From assembly GCA_035084275.1 (NCBI GenBank), contig CM068750.1, forward strand, positions 8,184,001 to 8,248,000: a stretch of DNA of 64,000 bases. Reading direction: 5' to 3'. The translations under genes and the position numbers were made by a program. This DNA is from Hydrolagus colliei. Taxonomy: Eukaryota. Every line of letters starts with the position of its first letter. Position 1 is the first letter of the stretch. Shown here in pieces: positions 23,344 through 36,599 of the stretch. Below the pieces are notes generated by a model that saw only the letters and a program-made list of their open reading frames with translations, did no database searches and was not told where the DNA came from.

Positions 23344-23400
23344 AACAACGACAACATTACATTTGTATAGCACCTTTCACATCGGGAGGACATCCCAAGG
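23344..23400 (-). mobile_element. L2 tail-only insert
   Basis: aacaacgacaacattacatttgtatagcacctttcacatcgggaggacatcccaagg. Confidence 0.8.
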
Positions 23401-23552
23401 AATTAAGAGGACCAATCTGGCCTGGCAATACAATCTTGAGCATACCAATGGCATGCCAATATGCATACCAATGGCATAAGACTCATTGTCTTAGGAGCTT
23501 TATTATATTGATTACTGTACATGTCTTTGTAGATTATTTAATAGTTCCAATT

Positions 23553-23616
23553 CAGCGCCTTGGGACGTCCTCCCGACGTGAAAGGTGTTCTATAAATGTA
23601 ATTTTGTTGTTGTTGT
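23553..23616 (+). mobile_element. L2 tail-only insert with flanking 17-bp direct repeat
   Basis: cagcgccttgggacgtcctcccgacgtgaaagg...(TTG)n; ttgtagattatttaata at 23527-23543 and 23613-23629. Confidence 0.85.
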
Positions 23617-23970
23617 AGATTATTTAATAACACCATGAACAGTACTGGGTGCAATATCAATGCCCTCTTCACCCGCCCAGGAAATCATTTTTGTTTGTCA
23701 TCTTTCTCACTTAACTTAAGTAACAATAAGTGGCTTAAAATACAAGCATGATATGTTGTCTGGATTGCTGGCAAAACGTATCGTATGATATTCTGCAAAT
23801 CACTTACAGTATTTGTGAAATAGTAACCTTGAGATTCTACTGTTCCTTTCATGCAGAGTTCCCACTGACAGGAATTCCAATGGGATTCCTTATACAGATT
23901 GCAAATTATGCCCCTATATGTTCAAAACCTCACCTGAAAGCTAATAAGGCTTCTGTTTCTGAACACTTAT

Positions 23971-24258
23971 GGGGAGAAATTCCGCCTGAATCTACATGTG
24001 CTGTTATTTATAAAATGTCCAGAATTTCATAAATTCTAAAATACAAAAACCACTTTGTAACCAGTTTACTGTATGTGCTTTCAGTAATTATCTTAATAGT
24101 TAAGACTAAAGTCAGTAATTCGCCAAATTCCAAACATTATGTACTATATATAATGTAATATATAATAAGGATATATCATTATTATACTATATATAAATTT
24201 TAAATGCTATAAAGGGCAACATAAATAGAATAAATCTATACCCAGATATATGTCTCTC
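23971..24258. mobile_element. Putative ancient MITE-like element (related to 27288-27517)
   Basis: Ends ggggagaaatt..cctgaatcta and cataaatagaataaatctatacccag resemble the inverted termini of the 27.3-kb copy; internal ccagaattt..aaattct is shared in opposite orientation. Confidence 0.3.
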
Positions 24259-25419
24259 TTAGTCTAATTTGTTTAAAAATTGATAATTTGGTAGTTGTGA
24301 CTTAAAAGAGGTTTAGCATGCACTGTGTGTGACTGGTGCTCCTTCTGACAAGCATTATGAAATAATATGCCATATCAGGCCTCCTGGGAAATCTATCAAA
24401 GGCCTCCAGTTCAATTCCAGTGTTACCACAGTTGCTTGTCTGTATCTGTATATTGATGAAAACATATATCGGTTCCAATGCCAGAGAGTGCAATCAGGCA
24501 CTATCAGTCGTTCACTAGGCCAGTATCTGTTTGATCTCTAGAGATAAGCATCATGTTTCTTCTTAGCAGCGTCTTTCATTCTTGCTGCTTGTTGCTGACA
24601 AAATAATTCTTCTCATTTGCAGTCCTGTTGAAGATATTCGTTAATGGTTTGGTGCTGTTAGCTGAAAAGCCAAGTATAGGAGTTAAATAGGTTCTGCTTT
24701 ATGTTTGTTTTTACATTAGCCATAGTAACAATTGGATGCTGCTGAAACAAACTGAGTCCAGATTGGGGGCCTCGCAAAACAGACTCTGTTTCCTGTGACT
24801 GGCCACTGAGAGGTGCTTGTGAGCAATAGGACTCACCTATGACCATACACTGAGAATGATACACCAGTCAGTGAAGACCAGTCAGTACTATAATGTTTCT
24901 AAAGAAACAGGAGTGTCTGTATAGAGTAGACCAACGTTTCACCTTTTTAAACAATGTTTTGAATTTAAAAGTGGTTTGGATTTGGCGACAGAAATACAAC
25001 ATTTCTACTGCAGCCGTTGCCATTGCTTGGATCTAAAAATCAGGGTTTTGGGTACCAGCCTCAAAGTCAAAACCCTAAAAAGTAGTTGATTTCGAACTAA
25101 GTGTTGATTTGATGTGTACATTGATTTAAAACTAAAACTGCGGTGTAATTCATTATTTTGTTCCTGCCCTGGTCTCCACCCATCCTCGTGATAGTAGAAA
25201 TGAGAGCAACACAGTAAGGAATTGACCTTTGTGACCCTAATTCTTACTGTTGATGACCCCCATATGATGAAATACAGCTTGGGCCACCTGGGATTGTTTG
25301 TGCAATTGATCTGAGGGAGAGTGTAATAGAGAACATAAATCCAGTGCAAAACGTTTGATTACGTCAAGGAGGCAGGACAAGAGGATACAGACTCAGGGAT
25401 ATGAAGGTCAATTTGGGGA

Positions 25420-25545
25420 CAGGACACCAAGAAGAAATTTGTTACACAGAGGTTATTCTACCTCTGAAATGAGGCATAAGGGAGTATGGTAGAGGTCAGG
25501 ATAGTGGATTTATTTTAAGAATCAGTATGATGTGGTTATGGGAAG
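25420..25545 (+). mobile_element. CR1 ORF2-end relic
   Basis: agaagaaatttgttacacagaggttatt...tggtagaggtcagg (~RRNFFTQRVV...VEA). Confidence 0.4.
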
Positions 25546-25949
25546 GAAGCAATGAGGCATTATTCATCCATACCTCACACCTGATCCTGTGAAGGAAGGA
25601 ATCGGGCCGTTTTTTGAGGGTGGCATGAAATAAAAATGAGAACTGTTACCTGTAATTGACTAGGCTTGTTGCACAATGTGTGGTGATTGGCAGCTCCGGG
25701 TAATGTTTTTGAGTGCATCTGCAAAACCTTTAGTGTTTACTCCTTGAAGTCAATGGTTCGGTTATGTAACTGCATTGTTAAACTCTAAACAATGATGAAA
25801 CAAGCTTGAGAGGAGCAATCTGATGTAGCAAAGAGAAACTAAATGTCACCTTGAAAGGCTGGTGTATATTTCTCAGCAGTTGCACATCTGAAATATCTAC
25901 AGTGAGGTTTTAGGACTTTCATCAAGACAGGCCAGAGTTTAGAAAACAA

Positions 25950-26150
25950 AATAGGTAGAAGGCTCTTCAGCTCATCTGATCTCATTTTTCCAGACACCCG
26001 TCGCTACTATCCTACCATCATAGCGTTAAACTGTTCCTTAAATGAGTCCAGCATCCTGGCCTCAACCATCCTTCCTGGCAACTTGTTTCAGTCATTTATT
26101 ACCCGTACATTTTTTTTAAAAAAAGACTCCTGATAATATCCACCTTTAAA
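25950..26150 (-). mobile_element. CR1 3' relic
   Basis: gttccttaaatgagtccagcatcctggcctcaaccatccttcctggcaacttgtttcag is the reverse of the WNxLP..VVEA..F region. Confidence 0.45.
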
Positions 26151-26287
26151 TTGCTTTTGGAGTTCCTCTTGTTCCACAATCAATTAAAAAAACAAAGACT
26201 TCTTGGATTTTATTGTCATATTCAAAATGGGCAGGATTAGCAACGAGTTTAGCAAGTGTCCACTTTAGCATTATATATTTTACGTTT

Positions 26288-26348
26288 AACAACAATAAAA
26301 TTACATTTGTATGCGCCTTTCATGTTGGGAGGATGTCCTAAGGCGCTG
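26288..26348 (-). mobile_element. L2 tail-only insert with 6-bp flanking repeat gtttaa
   Basis: Stem-loop tail ends at aaggcgctg; gtttaa at 26284-26289 and 26349-26354. Confidence 0.8.
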
Positions 26349-27287
26349 GTTTAATCCTATTTCTAAATAATTTTATGTATTTGCAGCATTCCTCTCATCC
26401 TATCCTCTCCCATACCCATACACTGTAAAATACAATTCTCATCCAATGCACATGGCTGGAGTTAGTTATTGAAGTGTAACCTGATTAAATATTCACAGAG
26501 TTACAAGAAATAAAATCCAATTTCTTCATTCCTTATAAATTATTTGTCAGATTTGAGCCAGTTATGTTCATTAGTATAGTAAATGTACCAGGCTTGTGCA
26601 GTTTTACCCTGATTCTGTACTGATCAATTGATGCAGCTTGTCACTGCATTATAGAATCAGACATCACTCTCTCAGACAAATGAAGCACTTTGAAGGGTGC
26701 TCCTGATGAAAAAGGCTGTATATAAAAGTACCTCATTGTTGTTGAATGCATTATTTAATTTGTGATACAATTTAGCAAGCATTTTTCCTCTGAAAGCATT
26801 GTCTTTAATTTTAAATTAGATACTTTCTTATTTTCTTTACTCTGGGGCACATTTTATTTAACTCATCAGAACCTATTAGGATGCCTCATGGGCATACATG
26901 ATCGCTAGCAATATCCTTTTGCTTTAAAAAATGCCTGAAGCCAAGCAGGTGAGCAACATGTAGTTATTCATCATACTGTATTACTTAAATATATGAGTGA
27001 AAAAACTGCAGTGTTGAAACATACAGTGGTGCAAACACCACAATGCTTTGTTCAAGTGGCCAGGCTTTATGTTTGGACCTGGCAGTCAATGCCAGGATTT
27101 CTCGTTCTAAACATGTAACAAACAGTTTACTTATTCCATATTCACTCTCTGCAGAGGCAATGGTGTAATCAACTGAGCCAAGGTGACGCTTAGGTTTGGA
27201 ACCCACTTTCGTGCTGAAGAAATAACTATGATAGAGAGGCCTGAATGAAAGAGAATATATGTGACGAAAATACCTGTCATACAGAAA

Positions 27288-27517
27288 AAGTTCATCTAGG
27301 TGTAGATTTATCCCATTGATGTAGCATTTTAGAATTTAGTCTAGAATTTAGCAAATTGTTGAATTCCATCGAAACCTTGACAATTTGATTTATTTCAATG
27401 AACTTATAGAAAATGAACGTCAAGATTAAGTCTGTATTTAAGAATTTTAAATTCTGGATACTCTGAAGTGGTGCATAAATAGAGTAAATCTAGACCTAGG
27501 TAGAATATCTCACTCCC
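27288..27517. mobile_element. Putative ancient MITE-like element with imperfect ~30-bp inverted termini
   Basis: ttcatctaggtgtagatttatcccattgatg versus the reverse complement of cataaatagagtaaatctagacctaggtagaa. Confidence 0.4.
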
Positions 27518-28056
27518 ATTATGTAAAATTGTACCAAAGATTGTAAAACCCATCTTTTATAACAGGCAATATTACACATTTTTAAAAGTGTTATAATTTG
27601 TATAGTTTTAGCTCTTCAGACAAGGCAAATAGAAAAGTGTTGCTGCGATTTTTCTGCTATAAAGAGCGCCCTCCACTGTAAAGGAGAAATTAATAAAAAA
27701 TATATATTTTACAACAATCTAATATGTGTTATTTCCTTATGTTTAATTTTTATTAATAAGGTGAAAAAAAAGGTTGTCCGTAAAATATACATCAATAGCA
27801 CCAGCCAACTCCCTGCAACTTCCCAAACTTCTCCGCAATCTTTACAAACATTTATGCACTTTTCTATTGGCCCAGGTTATTGTTTTGTTTCCTAAACTGG
27901 ATTTTTTTAAATCTTGAGAGAGGGTTTGACTCTCTGTGCTCTGCATTGGTGTTAGGAAGTAACACTAGGTGGTGCACTGCACATAGCTCAGAAAACTAAA
28001 GATGGAGCATTAGTGATTATTGCCTGCTTCAAGGATGAGAAATACGTAATAATGTT

Positions 28057-28200
28057 AGAATCATAGAATCTTACGGCACAAAAGGAGGCCATTTGGCCCA
28101 TCGAGTCTGTGCCGGCTCTTTAAAAAGAGCAATTTAATCCCACTCTCCAGCTCTCTCCCCATAACCGCGCAAACCAATCCTCCCCAAATAAATGTCTACC
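28057..28200 (-). mobile_element. CR1-type (shark HER1-like) LINE 3' end
   Basis: agaatcatagaatc tail followed by ggcacaaaaggaggccatttggcccatcgagtctgtgccggctc; near-identical to 43717. Confidence 0.85.
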
Positions 28201-29399
28201 TCTGATTGTAAATTTTGTAAAGAGTCAGTGACACAGAACATTCCCAAAATGTTAGGAGGGACATTTGTTCAAAGGGGCTTGAATTTGTCCTACTCGAATC
28301 TCTGAATTTGAATGCCATTCAAGGAACGTAAAGTGACTCAATGAGCCAAATGGCCTCCTTCTGTGCTGCCGATTTCTAAATTCCTATATTCTTCAATCTG
28401 TCAGCAATTTGCACAGCACGATTGAATGACAGGGGATTTCTGATGCTGCTGATAAGATGGAAGAGAAAACATCCTCAGAAGTGAAAAGGCGTGTTACACC
28501 TCAGTAATGAACAGGATTGGAAACTGCAAAAATGCCACTAATTTATTTTCAAGTATTTTTAAACAGTTTTTCCTTTTTTCTTTCCTTTTATTCTTCTTGT
28601 TCTTCACACTGTACAACACTCCTTACTGTGACTCCCCAACAATTCACCACATCTGGTTACTCAAATATCTTGTTAGAATATGATGTATGTAATGGAACGC
28701 TTTTAAGGCAGGGCTGCATAAGAATTATAAGTATTAAGTACTAATCTTGCCATATTAATGAAGATGGTGGATAGCACAATTTTCTTTCCTAACCTTTCTT
28801 TGCGATAGCTGTTAATAATACAAGTTGTTTTTTCTGATCATAATAAGAAGTGGCCTTGGGAGGATATCAGATGTGCTAACATGTGCTAATAACATTGAGA
28901 CAGTTGGTTTGTAGATTAAATCACCCGGGTCTTCTGAGGAAAAGAGAAGTAAGACAAACGCATCCTTGGCTTTTTGCCCAGTTAAGAATGGTCTACGTGC
29001 CTGGTATCCAATTGGCCAAATGAAGAGGTATACTGTACACATGTTAAGGAAAAGAGTTAGGAAAGGTATAAAGGTTGTTAGCATAAGTAGCAGACTCTGC
29101 AGGGAACCAAGCATGTGGAAGACGGTGGCTTAAAGCACGCTGACTGCTCCAGAACATATGTATTTGTTTTACATACTTCATTAGTATATGCTTTATGTTT
29201 TGCTCATGTACTTAGTATTGAATAAACTGAGTTAACCACAAATCTTAATGTCTGGTCTTTCACCTCGAGCACTGGGATCAGAAATCCCAACAATACACAA
29301 TTTTAGGACAAACTAACTCTCCTAAAATCTCCTCATTCCTCTTTTGCTGCAATTCCTGAGGTTGGGAGGGAAGCAGCAAAGTGCTCTAGATGTTATTCA

Positions 29400-29890
29400 G
29401 AGGGGACCTTACAGACGGATGTATGTCAGTGCCTTACAAGATAGAGAAAGCAAATTTAGAAAAAGAATACATATACTCCTCGATAATAGGACATAAAGGA
29501 ACAGATTCAAAATTGGGAAGGAAGAGAAATTTCAGCATATTTAAAGAAAAGTGTGTATTTACACAGTGGGTAATTAACAGCTGGAACAGATTACTTGGGT
29601 GAGTGTCTGAGCCCGGTTTACACTGGACTTATTTAAGATACAGCTTGATGCTGTTATGCATGTGGGGCACTGCTGTGTGCAATTGGCTGCCATGTTTCAC
29701 CCACATATCAACAGTCACTTCACATTACAATATATTCTGTGAAGCACTTTGAGAGGTCTAAAAGCCGTGAAAAGCGCTATATCAAATGCAAGGATTATTA
29801 GTATTATTATTATAGGAAGATGGTAGGATCAAAACGGTTAAAGATAAGATCAAACGGGCCAAAGTGCTGTCCATGTATTCCTTTCTTCTG
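29400..29890 (+). mobile_element. CR1 ORF2-end relic interrupted by a SINE
   Basis: FRGDL...YKI...GHK..KL...FTQWVINSWNRL; the 3' UTR resumes after 29813. Confidence 0.6.
29661..29813 (+). mobile_element. Deu-SINE 3' half
   Basis: tgtggggcactgctgtgtgcaattggctgcc...atcaaatgcaaggattatta. Confidence 0.85.
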
Positions 29891-30599
29891 ATAAGAAGGG
29901 GAAGATTTCATCTGGTGCTAAAATTAGCACCCTGGTTGTTGAGGTGCGAAGAGTAAATTGTGTTGGAAAATCATACGTTAGCATTACAATTGTCTTTTAA
30001 CTTAATTCCCATTTTACATCCTCTTCAAATGTAGTGCAAATAAATCTCCACCAAACGTAAAAACAGGGCAATAAACTGAATCAATTATCTGCTGAAGGCA
30101 GTCAAGATGTCTAATTTTCCACCTCTGGGATAGTGCAAATGTAGCACCTTTTTAATGAAGGTAGGATTGACTTTACTGTTATTTAGCACTAAGGTTTGAA
30201 GAGAGCTCTCTGACTACTGTATCTGGAATCGTTACACAGGGAGCAGGCAAATGGCAACCCATAAGATGTCAAACTACCAGAGACGACAAGGGGAGGAGAT
30301 TGATTTTGAAGGGGGAATGCTCGTGCAGAATGAATATCAGCACAGTTTGCAAATACAGTACAGTACAGCCAATATCTCATGATGTAGCATTCATTTCAAA
30401 TGTATACAAAAGTGCTTTCCCTACCAATAGACATCCAATGCATTTGTGAAGCTATGAAAGGGACTGCTTGATTTTAATCTTCCTTTGGAACCACACTCCA
30501 CAAAGCAGCTGATTGAAAGGCAAAGTACTTCTCTACCACAGTGAGTGCATGCATGTGGAAATCTGACATTTTTAAATGATCCATTGTGAATGTTATATT

Positions 30600-31400
30600 G
30601 TGCTGAAGGGAAGTGTGATGGACAGATTTTTCAAAATGTTAACATCAATCAAATTTAAACATACTTTTAAGCTTGTTACAGATGGAAGGTGGAATCCAAA
30701 AATATCAGATCTTGGGCGCACTTCATTATAGAGTGATTCATTATATTCACACTGTGTATAAAGTCTCAGTACTGGCTCAGCAATCAGGATAGGGAAAGAA
30801 TTAGCAGAATTCTGCTGATGAAAGAGGTCATGACTGGTATTAACTCCTGTTTTGAGACATTGTAGCTGTTCTCTCACAATGGTCTAGCTGGAATCATGTC
30901 CTCAGGATTAAGTATTCACACTTAAATGTAATTTAAAGAAATATATAATTCATCTGTTCATAACTTATGTATTTTATATCCAGTTCAAACAGAGTTTCTT
31001 CATGCACTGAGATGGCACTACCGGTAATTTCCATTGGCAGTGCATTCCAACTCATTCCTGGACTGTATAGTATTTTCAATTCTGCTGAATGGCAAAGCAA
31101 AATGCAGTTTTGAAAATGCTGAAATTCAATGTAGCACAATTAACATCGCTGAAACATGTGATATTGACAAGAATAACAGAGTAGAAAAGAGATAACAAGA
31201 GCATGTATTAACTGCGAGGCATCAACTGAGCATCTCAAGGGATCACCCCATACCAACCGGTATGACATGCCCACAATCAGTGTTACTAGGCAAGATGAAC
31301 AAGCCATAACTGGGGTATTGAATGCCAAAGTTGAATGCTGGGCACACACATTGCTGTGCAATGGGTGCTCCATTGTTTTTTTTAAACAAAACTGAGTGGC
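30600..31400 (+). mobile_element. Ancient L1/Tx1 ORF2 relic (linker to RT start)
   Basis: IRSWAHF (~IRSRAxW), DG-LPV..LIPGLYSIFNSA (~DGLPxEF...LxPxLxxxFN), PTISVTRQDEQAITGVL (~RPISLLNxDxKIxTKVL). Confidence 0.45.
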
Positions 31401-32564
31401 ATTGGTTCAATTTTCCCTGCTCCTCTATGCTGTGTATAAAATCGTAGCTGCATGAGATGCTGAGTGGAGCTGTAGGTGTCATTTGCTGGGGGGAGGAAAA
31501 TCTAATGGAAAGTCTCCACCAAGCTCTATCATGAGCCTACTGGGATTTAACCCAAAATTGCATTGGCTCTGCAGCTCAGAGCACATCTATCAAAAGGATG
31601 AAATAATGATCCTGAGGCATGAATTTCCTGTTGGCATTAAGAACAGCAACACTGATGACGCAGGCTTCTAGTGGGATTTCCCCATTATAATCGCACATCG
31701 TCAAAGTCTCTGACAGCACAGTACTCTGACAGGAATGTCATTCCCTGAATCTTTAGAGTGCAATGTATAGATGCAGGGGAATTTAAATGAGGCTTTGAGA
31801 GCGGATGTGGATGGCATTGGATACATTTTTAAAATAAAACTCCACTGGGACTAGAACACACAAAACACACAGTCACATCACGATATATACTGTAAAGCAC
31901 TTTGAGGCACCTCGACAAAGAGATGAGGTGCAATATCCAATGCAAGGATTATTGGCATTAATTCTTGCAGTCTCTGGAAGGAGCTACCACACAAGATCAC
32001 ACGATGGTTTGTTTGTGCTTTATGTTGACCATCTATCCCTAATTGTAGAATGAGGCAATTTCACTGTTGAGTCTGTGATAACAACACAAATGAAAATTCC
32101 TGATGAAAGCAATTCCCATTCATAACAGTTTTTCTTTATCGCAAAACTTACTCTGGCACACATACTGGGTCCTATTAACTTCAAAGGCAAGTGTGTTCAA
32201 CAACCCAAAATAATGAAACTGTTTTTACAATTACCCATTACAATGATAGGTTTAGGAGTGACCAAATCATTCAACCCATATTAAAAAAATTAATTTGCTG
32301 GCGTACTTTGCTCTGCTGCACAACAGACCTAAAAGGATTTAAATTTAGTGGATGCTCTGCTGAAATGTGTGCTTGCGGAATAATCTTATGTGACATAATG
32401 CAGCAGAGGGGAGAGAGGCCCTAACTAGTACGTTTTGAGTGAGCTAAAAGTTCATCTTTCTGCTGCTACATCAGTTAGCATAACTTTGTTCACATTGTAA
32501 TTATTGATTCATGTGGCTTCTGACACATGTAAAGGCATCTGCAGTTTGAGGACCAAGAGGATGG

Positions 32565-32785
32565 CCCGAGAGAAGTGGACGAGAAGTGATTGAGTGAGGA
32601 GGCAATTGGTTGAAGGAGGGTTGGGTGGTTGAGTGAGGGGAAGTGGTTCAGTGCCTTGGGACGTCTTCCCGATGTGAAAGGCACGCTATAAATGTAATTT
32701 GTTGTTGTTGATTGAGTGAGTGGGGGATGGTTGAGGAAGTGGGGAGTGGTTTAATGAGTGGGAGGATGGCTGAGTGATTTGAGTA
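32565..32785. repeat. Degenerate ~18-bp purine-rich minisatellite (gagtgaggggaagtggtt) containing an L2 tail-only insert at 32649-32710
   Basis: Repeated gagtga(g)...ggtt units on both sides of cagtgccttgggacgtcttcccgatgtgaaaggcac...(TTG)n. Confidence 0.7.
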
Positions 32786-34004
32786 AAGCTGTACCAAGGG
32801 ACCCATTCTAAAAGAAATTCGAATTAATTCATAGAGGCAGCTTTTATCTGCTGTAGTGCAAATTGATATTCTGGTGCAAATGCCTCCTCCAAGTCCTCCA
32901 AAGCATAAATCACTTCTGTGCACCTCAAATGTGATTTATATTGTGCAATTGAATCAATGAGAAAAGTGTAGGAAAATTCAAGCATTAACGTTAGGATTGA
33001 GACCTTAATATAGACTCGGTTCGAGCAGGTAAAAAGCTTCATCTCATGGCCTCCTGGTGCAGAAATAGTGTGTGGCAGAGGAAGACACAGGGCAGTAAAT
33101 CAATTGGATAAAGTTGAAAACAGTCATTCCTTTTCTTATATAGAAAAAATGTTCCCAAGTGCTGAGCAGTCTCTTCATTGCCTTGTCCCTAAAATGGTTA
33201 ATCTTCACTGGCAAAATTAAATTGGGGCTGAACTATCATCCATCAAATGCAAGCAGAAGAGCCTTATTTGTCTAAGATTCATTGATGAAATGTTATTTGT
33301 AATTTGATGGGCTGACAGCAGTTAAATGTCAGGGAAACAGTAATTTCACAACGTTTAGTAAAAGTATACATGGATTAAGTCTAACGTAGAATTGAAATGG
33401 GTCATTCTCTGTAAATCGCCTATTGATTTAGGTTTCTGTGTGGCCAGATTTCAGTGTAATATTGGAGAATCTTAATAACCTCAGCATTTTACTTCAGAAG
33501 TGTTAAATATTCCTTCATTGTACCTTCTTGTAAATCATGTGACTGTTATTCTGCAGGGGTGACATGACCATGGCCTTTCGCAGGTATTCAATCATGGTAA
33601 TCAATAGAATACAAAGCAAATCAGTCTCTTTCCCTCTGCATACAATTGCCCTCTCTCAACCCGTTGATCAATATGGATAGGCCACAGCAGACAACAAGGC
33701 AGAGAGCTGCGTACATGAAGCCCACAAAAACTAGGATCCTACCACAGGACACTGGTATTCAGAGCACTTGTCCTAGACTGTCATTTTACAACCATTTGAT
33801 TGATGCCCTGTCTTCCCTTTGCACTTTTTACCTATTGATTGTGTTAATATTAATGCTCCTCTGTATCTTCACTTGCGCTGACCACCGTATTTTAGATTTA
33901 ATCTAAAATAGGAGAAAGTGTTGCAATGGGCAACATGGGATGTAATATTCTGTATCTGAAGCTCCACTCTATGACTTAAATTGGAGGATTGTTGGTCGGG
34001 ACAG

Positions 34005-34170
34005 GAAGGTCATCTGATATTTAACATCCACCTGAAAATGGGCAGAAATTAAACACCTCCTCTGGAACATTGAATATCCACCTCTCCAGCACTACAGTAA
34101 AATATCAGCCTGGAAAATGAGCTCAAATACCAAGGTTGGCATTGGACCCAAAGCTTTATGAGGGTGACTG
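34005..34170 (-). mobile_element. Ancient SacSINE1-like fragment
   Basis: aacatccacctgaaaatgggcaga...cagcactaca..tcagcctggaaaatgagctcaa. Confidence 0.45.
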
Positions 34171-34849
34171 TTGAATTGCTTGTCACATCATCACATGGCA
34201 GAGTGGGTCCTGGCCTTAACATGTTGCACAACAGTAATGCTGCTTTTATTCTCATCGCTTTGCCTGCATGACAGTCACTTACAATCTTATGGCAGCCACC
34301 TTACAATCAATTAGTTCTTAAGCCATATACTTCTGCATAACATCATCAATGGCACTGCATGACCAGCTAGTGGTGATGGTGGGAGGAGGGAGAGTGAAAG
34401 ATTCTGCTTTCAGGACTTCCCTCTCTCCCTGTTCACCCTGTGTGTGTGTGTTGATTCTTTGGCACTCTGTTATATATTTAATATGAACAATTTCATGAAG
34501 TGATGTACCACTGGTGAATAAAAATGAACTCAACATAACATGAATGCTTGAGTACAGTTGATTTGGCAGAAAGATTGACGTTTTATATTTGAACAGCTCT
34601 GCAGTTCTCATTTGAAAAAAGCCAGAGCTGTGCAAGAATTCAGCAACTTATTTTCCTAAACAGGGGTTATTTCACAGTGACATATTTCAATTGCCTGTTT
34701 TAGAAGGATATATATTGTTTTGCAAAAAAAAAGTGGCTTGCGAGATTAAAAACATCACAGAGCCTCAGGAGTCCCCTGTACAAATGACAGCCAGGAAGTT
34801 GCTGTAATTTAAGTTTAAAAAAATCCGTTTGAACACCGATTGCATCTTT

Positions 34850-35430
34850 GAAACCATTTTAAAATATTATTATAAATGTAACCTTTGGCGTGTTGGTTAT
34901 GTTTGATGTGACCATTTTTCGCGAGATGATAAAGCCCTTTCAACTTACCAAATTGTATTTTGATTACAGTTGCAGTTCTAGCCTGACTTTGAACACTTTC
35001 TAATGTCCGCCGCAATAGGGCTGCATTTCATTGATATCTGTAGCTTAATAGTGTGCTGTGATCATCCCTCGTCCAGGCTGTTCATGCCTAAAATTGAAAG
35101 TTTGGGAATGTCCTTGGGCAAAACAATTTCAGTTTCCGTTGCTCGTACGTTGGCAAGTTCAAAATTGTGTAATAAATTATCATCTATTTTGAAGGGCTTC
35201 CGACTTGCTAAGAAGTATATTTTTGATGTAACAACCACAATTTCATACGTGCATGTGGCTGAAAAAACAGCCTTATAATGTCCCGAAGATTAAATTTCTC
35301 AATGGTATCAATCGAGACATGGGTGTATGCCTATTCCCAGACTGCTTTAAACTATGCTTTGGTTTTCATCATTCACCCTTTCAAGAATAGTTATTTCTGA
35401 AGTTTGGTGTTACGAAGGTTACATTGAAAA
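34850..35430 (-). mobile_element. Possible L1/Tx1 ORF2 C-terminal (Zn-knuckle) relic
   Basis: ILERV..N...LGI..PCLD*...GH....C, KLW, IVLP...SILG, AALLRR...LYHLAK. Order fits the L1 C-terminus but identity is low. Confidence 0.3.
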
Positions 35431-35439
35431 CTTGAAGCA

Positions 35440-35580
35440 TAAATGAGGGAGAAGGGAATAATGGGTTATAGGAGAAGGGAATAGGAGAGGTGGGGGCTCA
35501 TGTGGAGTATAAAAACTGGCATGGACTAGTTGGTATAAATGGCCTGTTTCCGTACTTTAGCATTTTCTACAATTCTATGT
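35440..35580 (+). mobile_element. CR1-type 3' end
   Basis: gggttatagg...ggctcatgtggagtataaaaactggcatggactagttgg..aaatggcctgtttcc...attctatg. Confidence 0.65.
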
Positions 35581-36382
35581 CAAATAGACAATCCTCATTA
35601 CAGCACTATGTGCGGATGCTTTCTCTGTGAAATTGTCAACATCCACAATGTGTTTCATTGAAAGGATGGGGAGAGGGAGATTTCTTACAGTTCTGTCACG
35701 ATTTTCAAGATAACTTGGCTGAAAGCGTTAAAGTGAAAGAGTGAAAGATCATTCTCTTGTGTAAGTGTACCTGTCTGAGAGAATCTTGCTTCCAACTCAC
35801 CCCCCACCCACCCTTCTCTCACACACACATATACATCTTCAATAAAAATCCATTCAGGCAGCATAATACATTGCTGCCCGCTTACATTGCTTTTAAAAAT
35901 ACAGCTTTTTTATTGCAGTCAAGTAAAATCTCATTCATGAACTAAAAAATGCACATAAAAAATAGGTGATGTTTCTGTTAGCAACAGAAACATAAACATA
36001 AGCAGGACCAAAAAGAATTATCATACGGATAGACAAATACACAGCTCGTTCACTGTCCTTTAAACACACATAAAGACGCACACATGTAATCCTTATGTAT
36101 TACATGCAGGTCCGTAACACTGTGGCACGTCCATCAAATTATTCAAATAAGGAACAACACTTTTTTAACTCAGCTGACAAATTTGTCAAGAGAGGAAAAT
36201 TAGAAAAGGTGGATAAAAAAACAATGCTGATTCTTCTTTTCCCAGTGCAGTTCCTGACACTGGAATAGGTTGAAAATTTAGCTGGTGGTAACTTACAACA
36301 TCCTGTAACAAAATTGCTAAAATTAGGCATAATCAGCATCACTATCATCAGATGCAGTCAAAATATGCATAGACTGACTGTC

Positions 36383-36444
36383 CAGCACCTTGGGACGTCC
36401 ACCTGACGTGAAAGGCACTATACAAGTGCAATTTTGTTGTTGTT
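36383..36444 (+). mobile_element. L2 tail-only insert
   Basis: cagcaccttgggacgtccacctgacgtgaaaggcactatacaagtgcaattttgttgttg. Confidence 0.8.
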
Positions 36445-36599
36445 TAGAGGACTTTGAACATGAATAATTCAAACGCCTTTCTTTGCTCCACTCGTATAGC
36501 TGGAATCTTATTTTCCAACTATGGACATGTAACCCTCAATTCTCTTACTGTTATTTTAATGATGGTTTGAGTGGCATGACTAGTACTGAGCCTAGTATC

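Noticed and set aside
19660-25712. Shared 16-mer gctcc(c/g)ggtaatgttt at about 19662 and 25693 as paralogous enhancers
   Set aside because: The match does not clearly extend, and conservation cannot be judged from one sequence.
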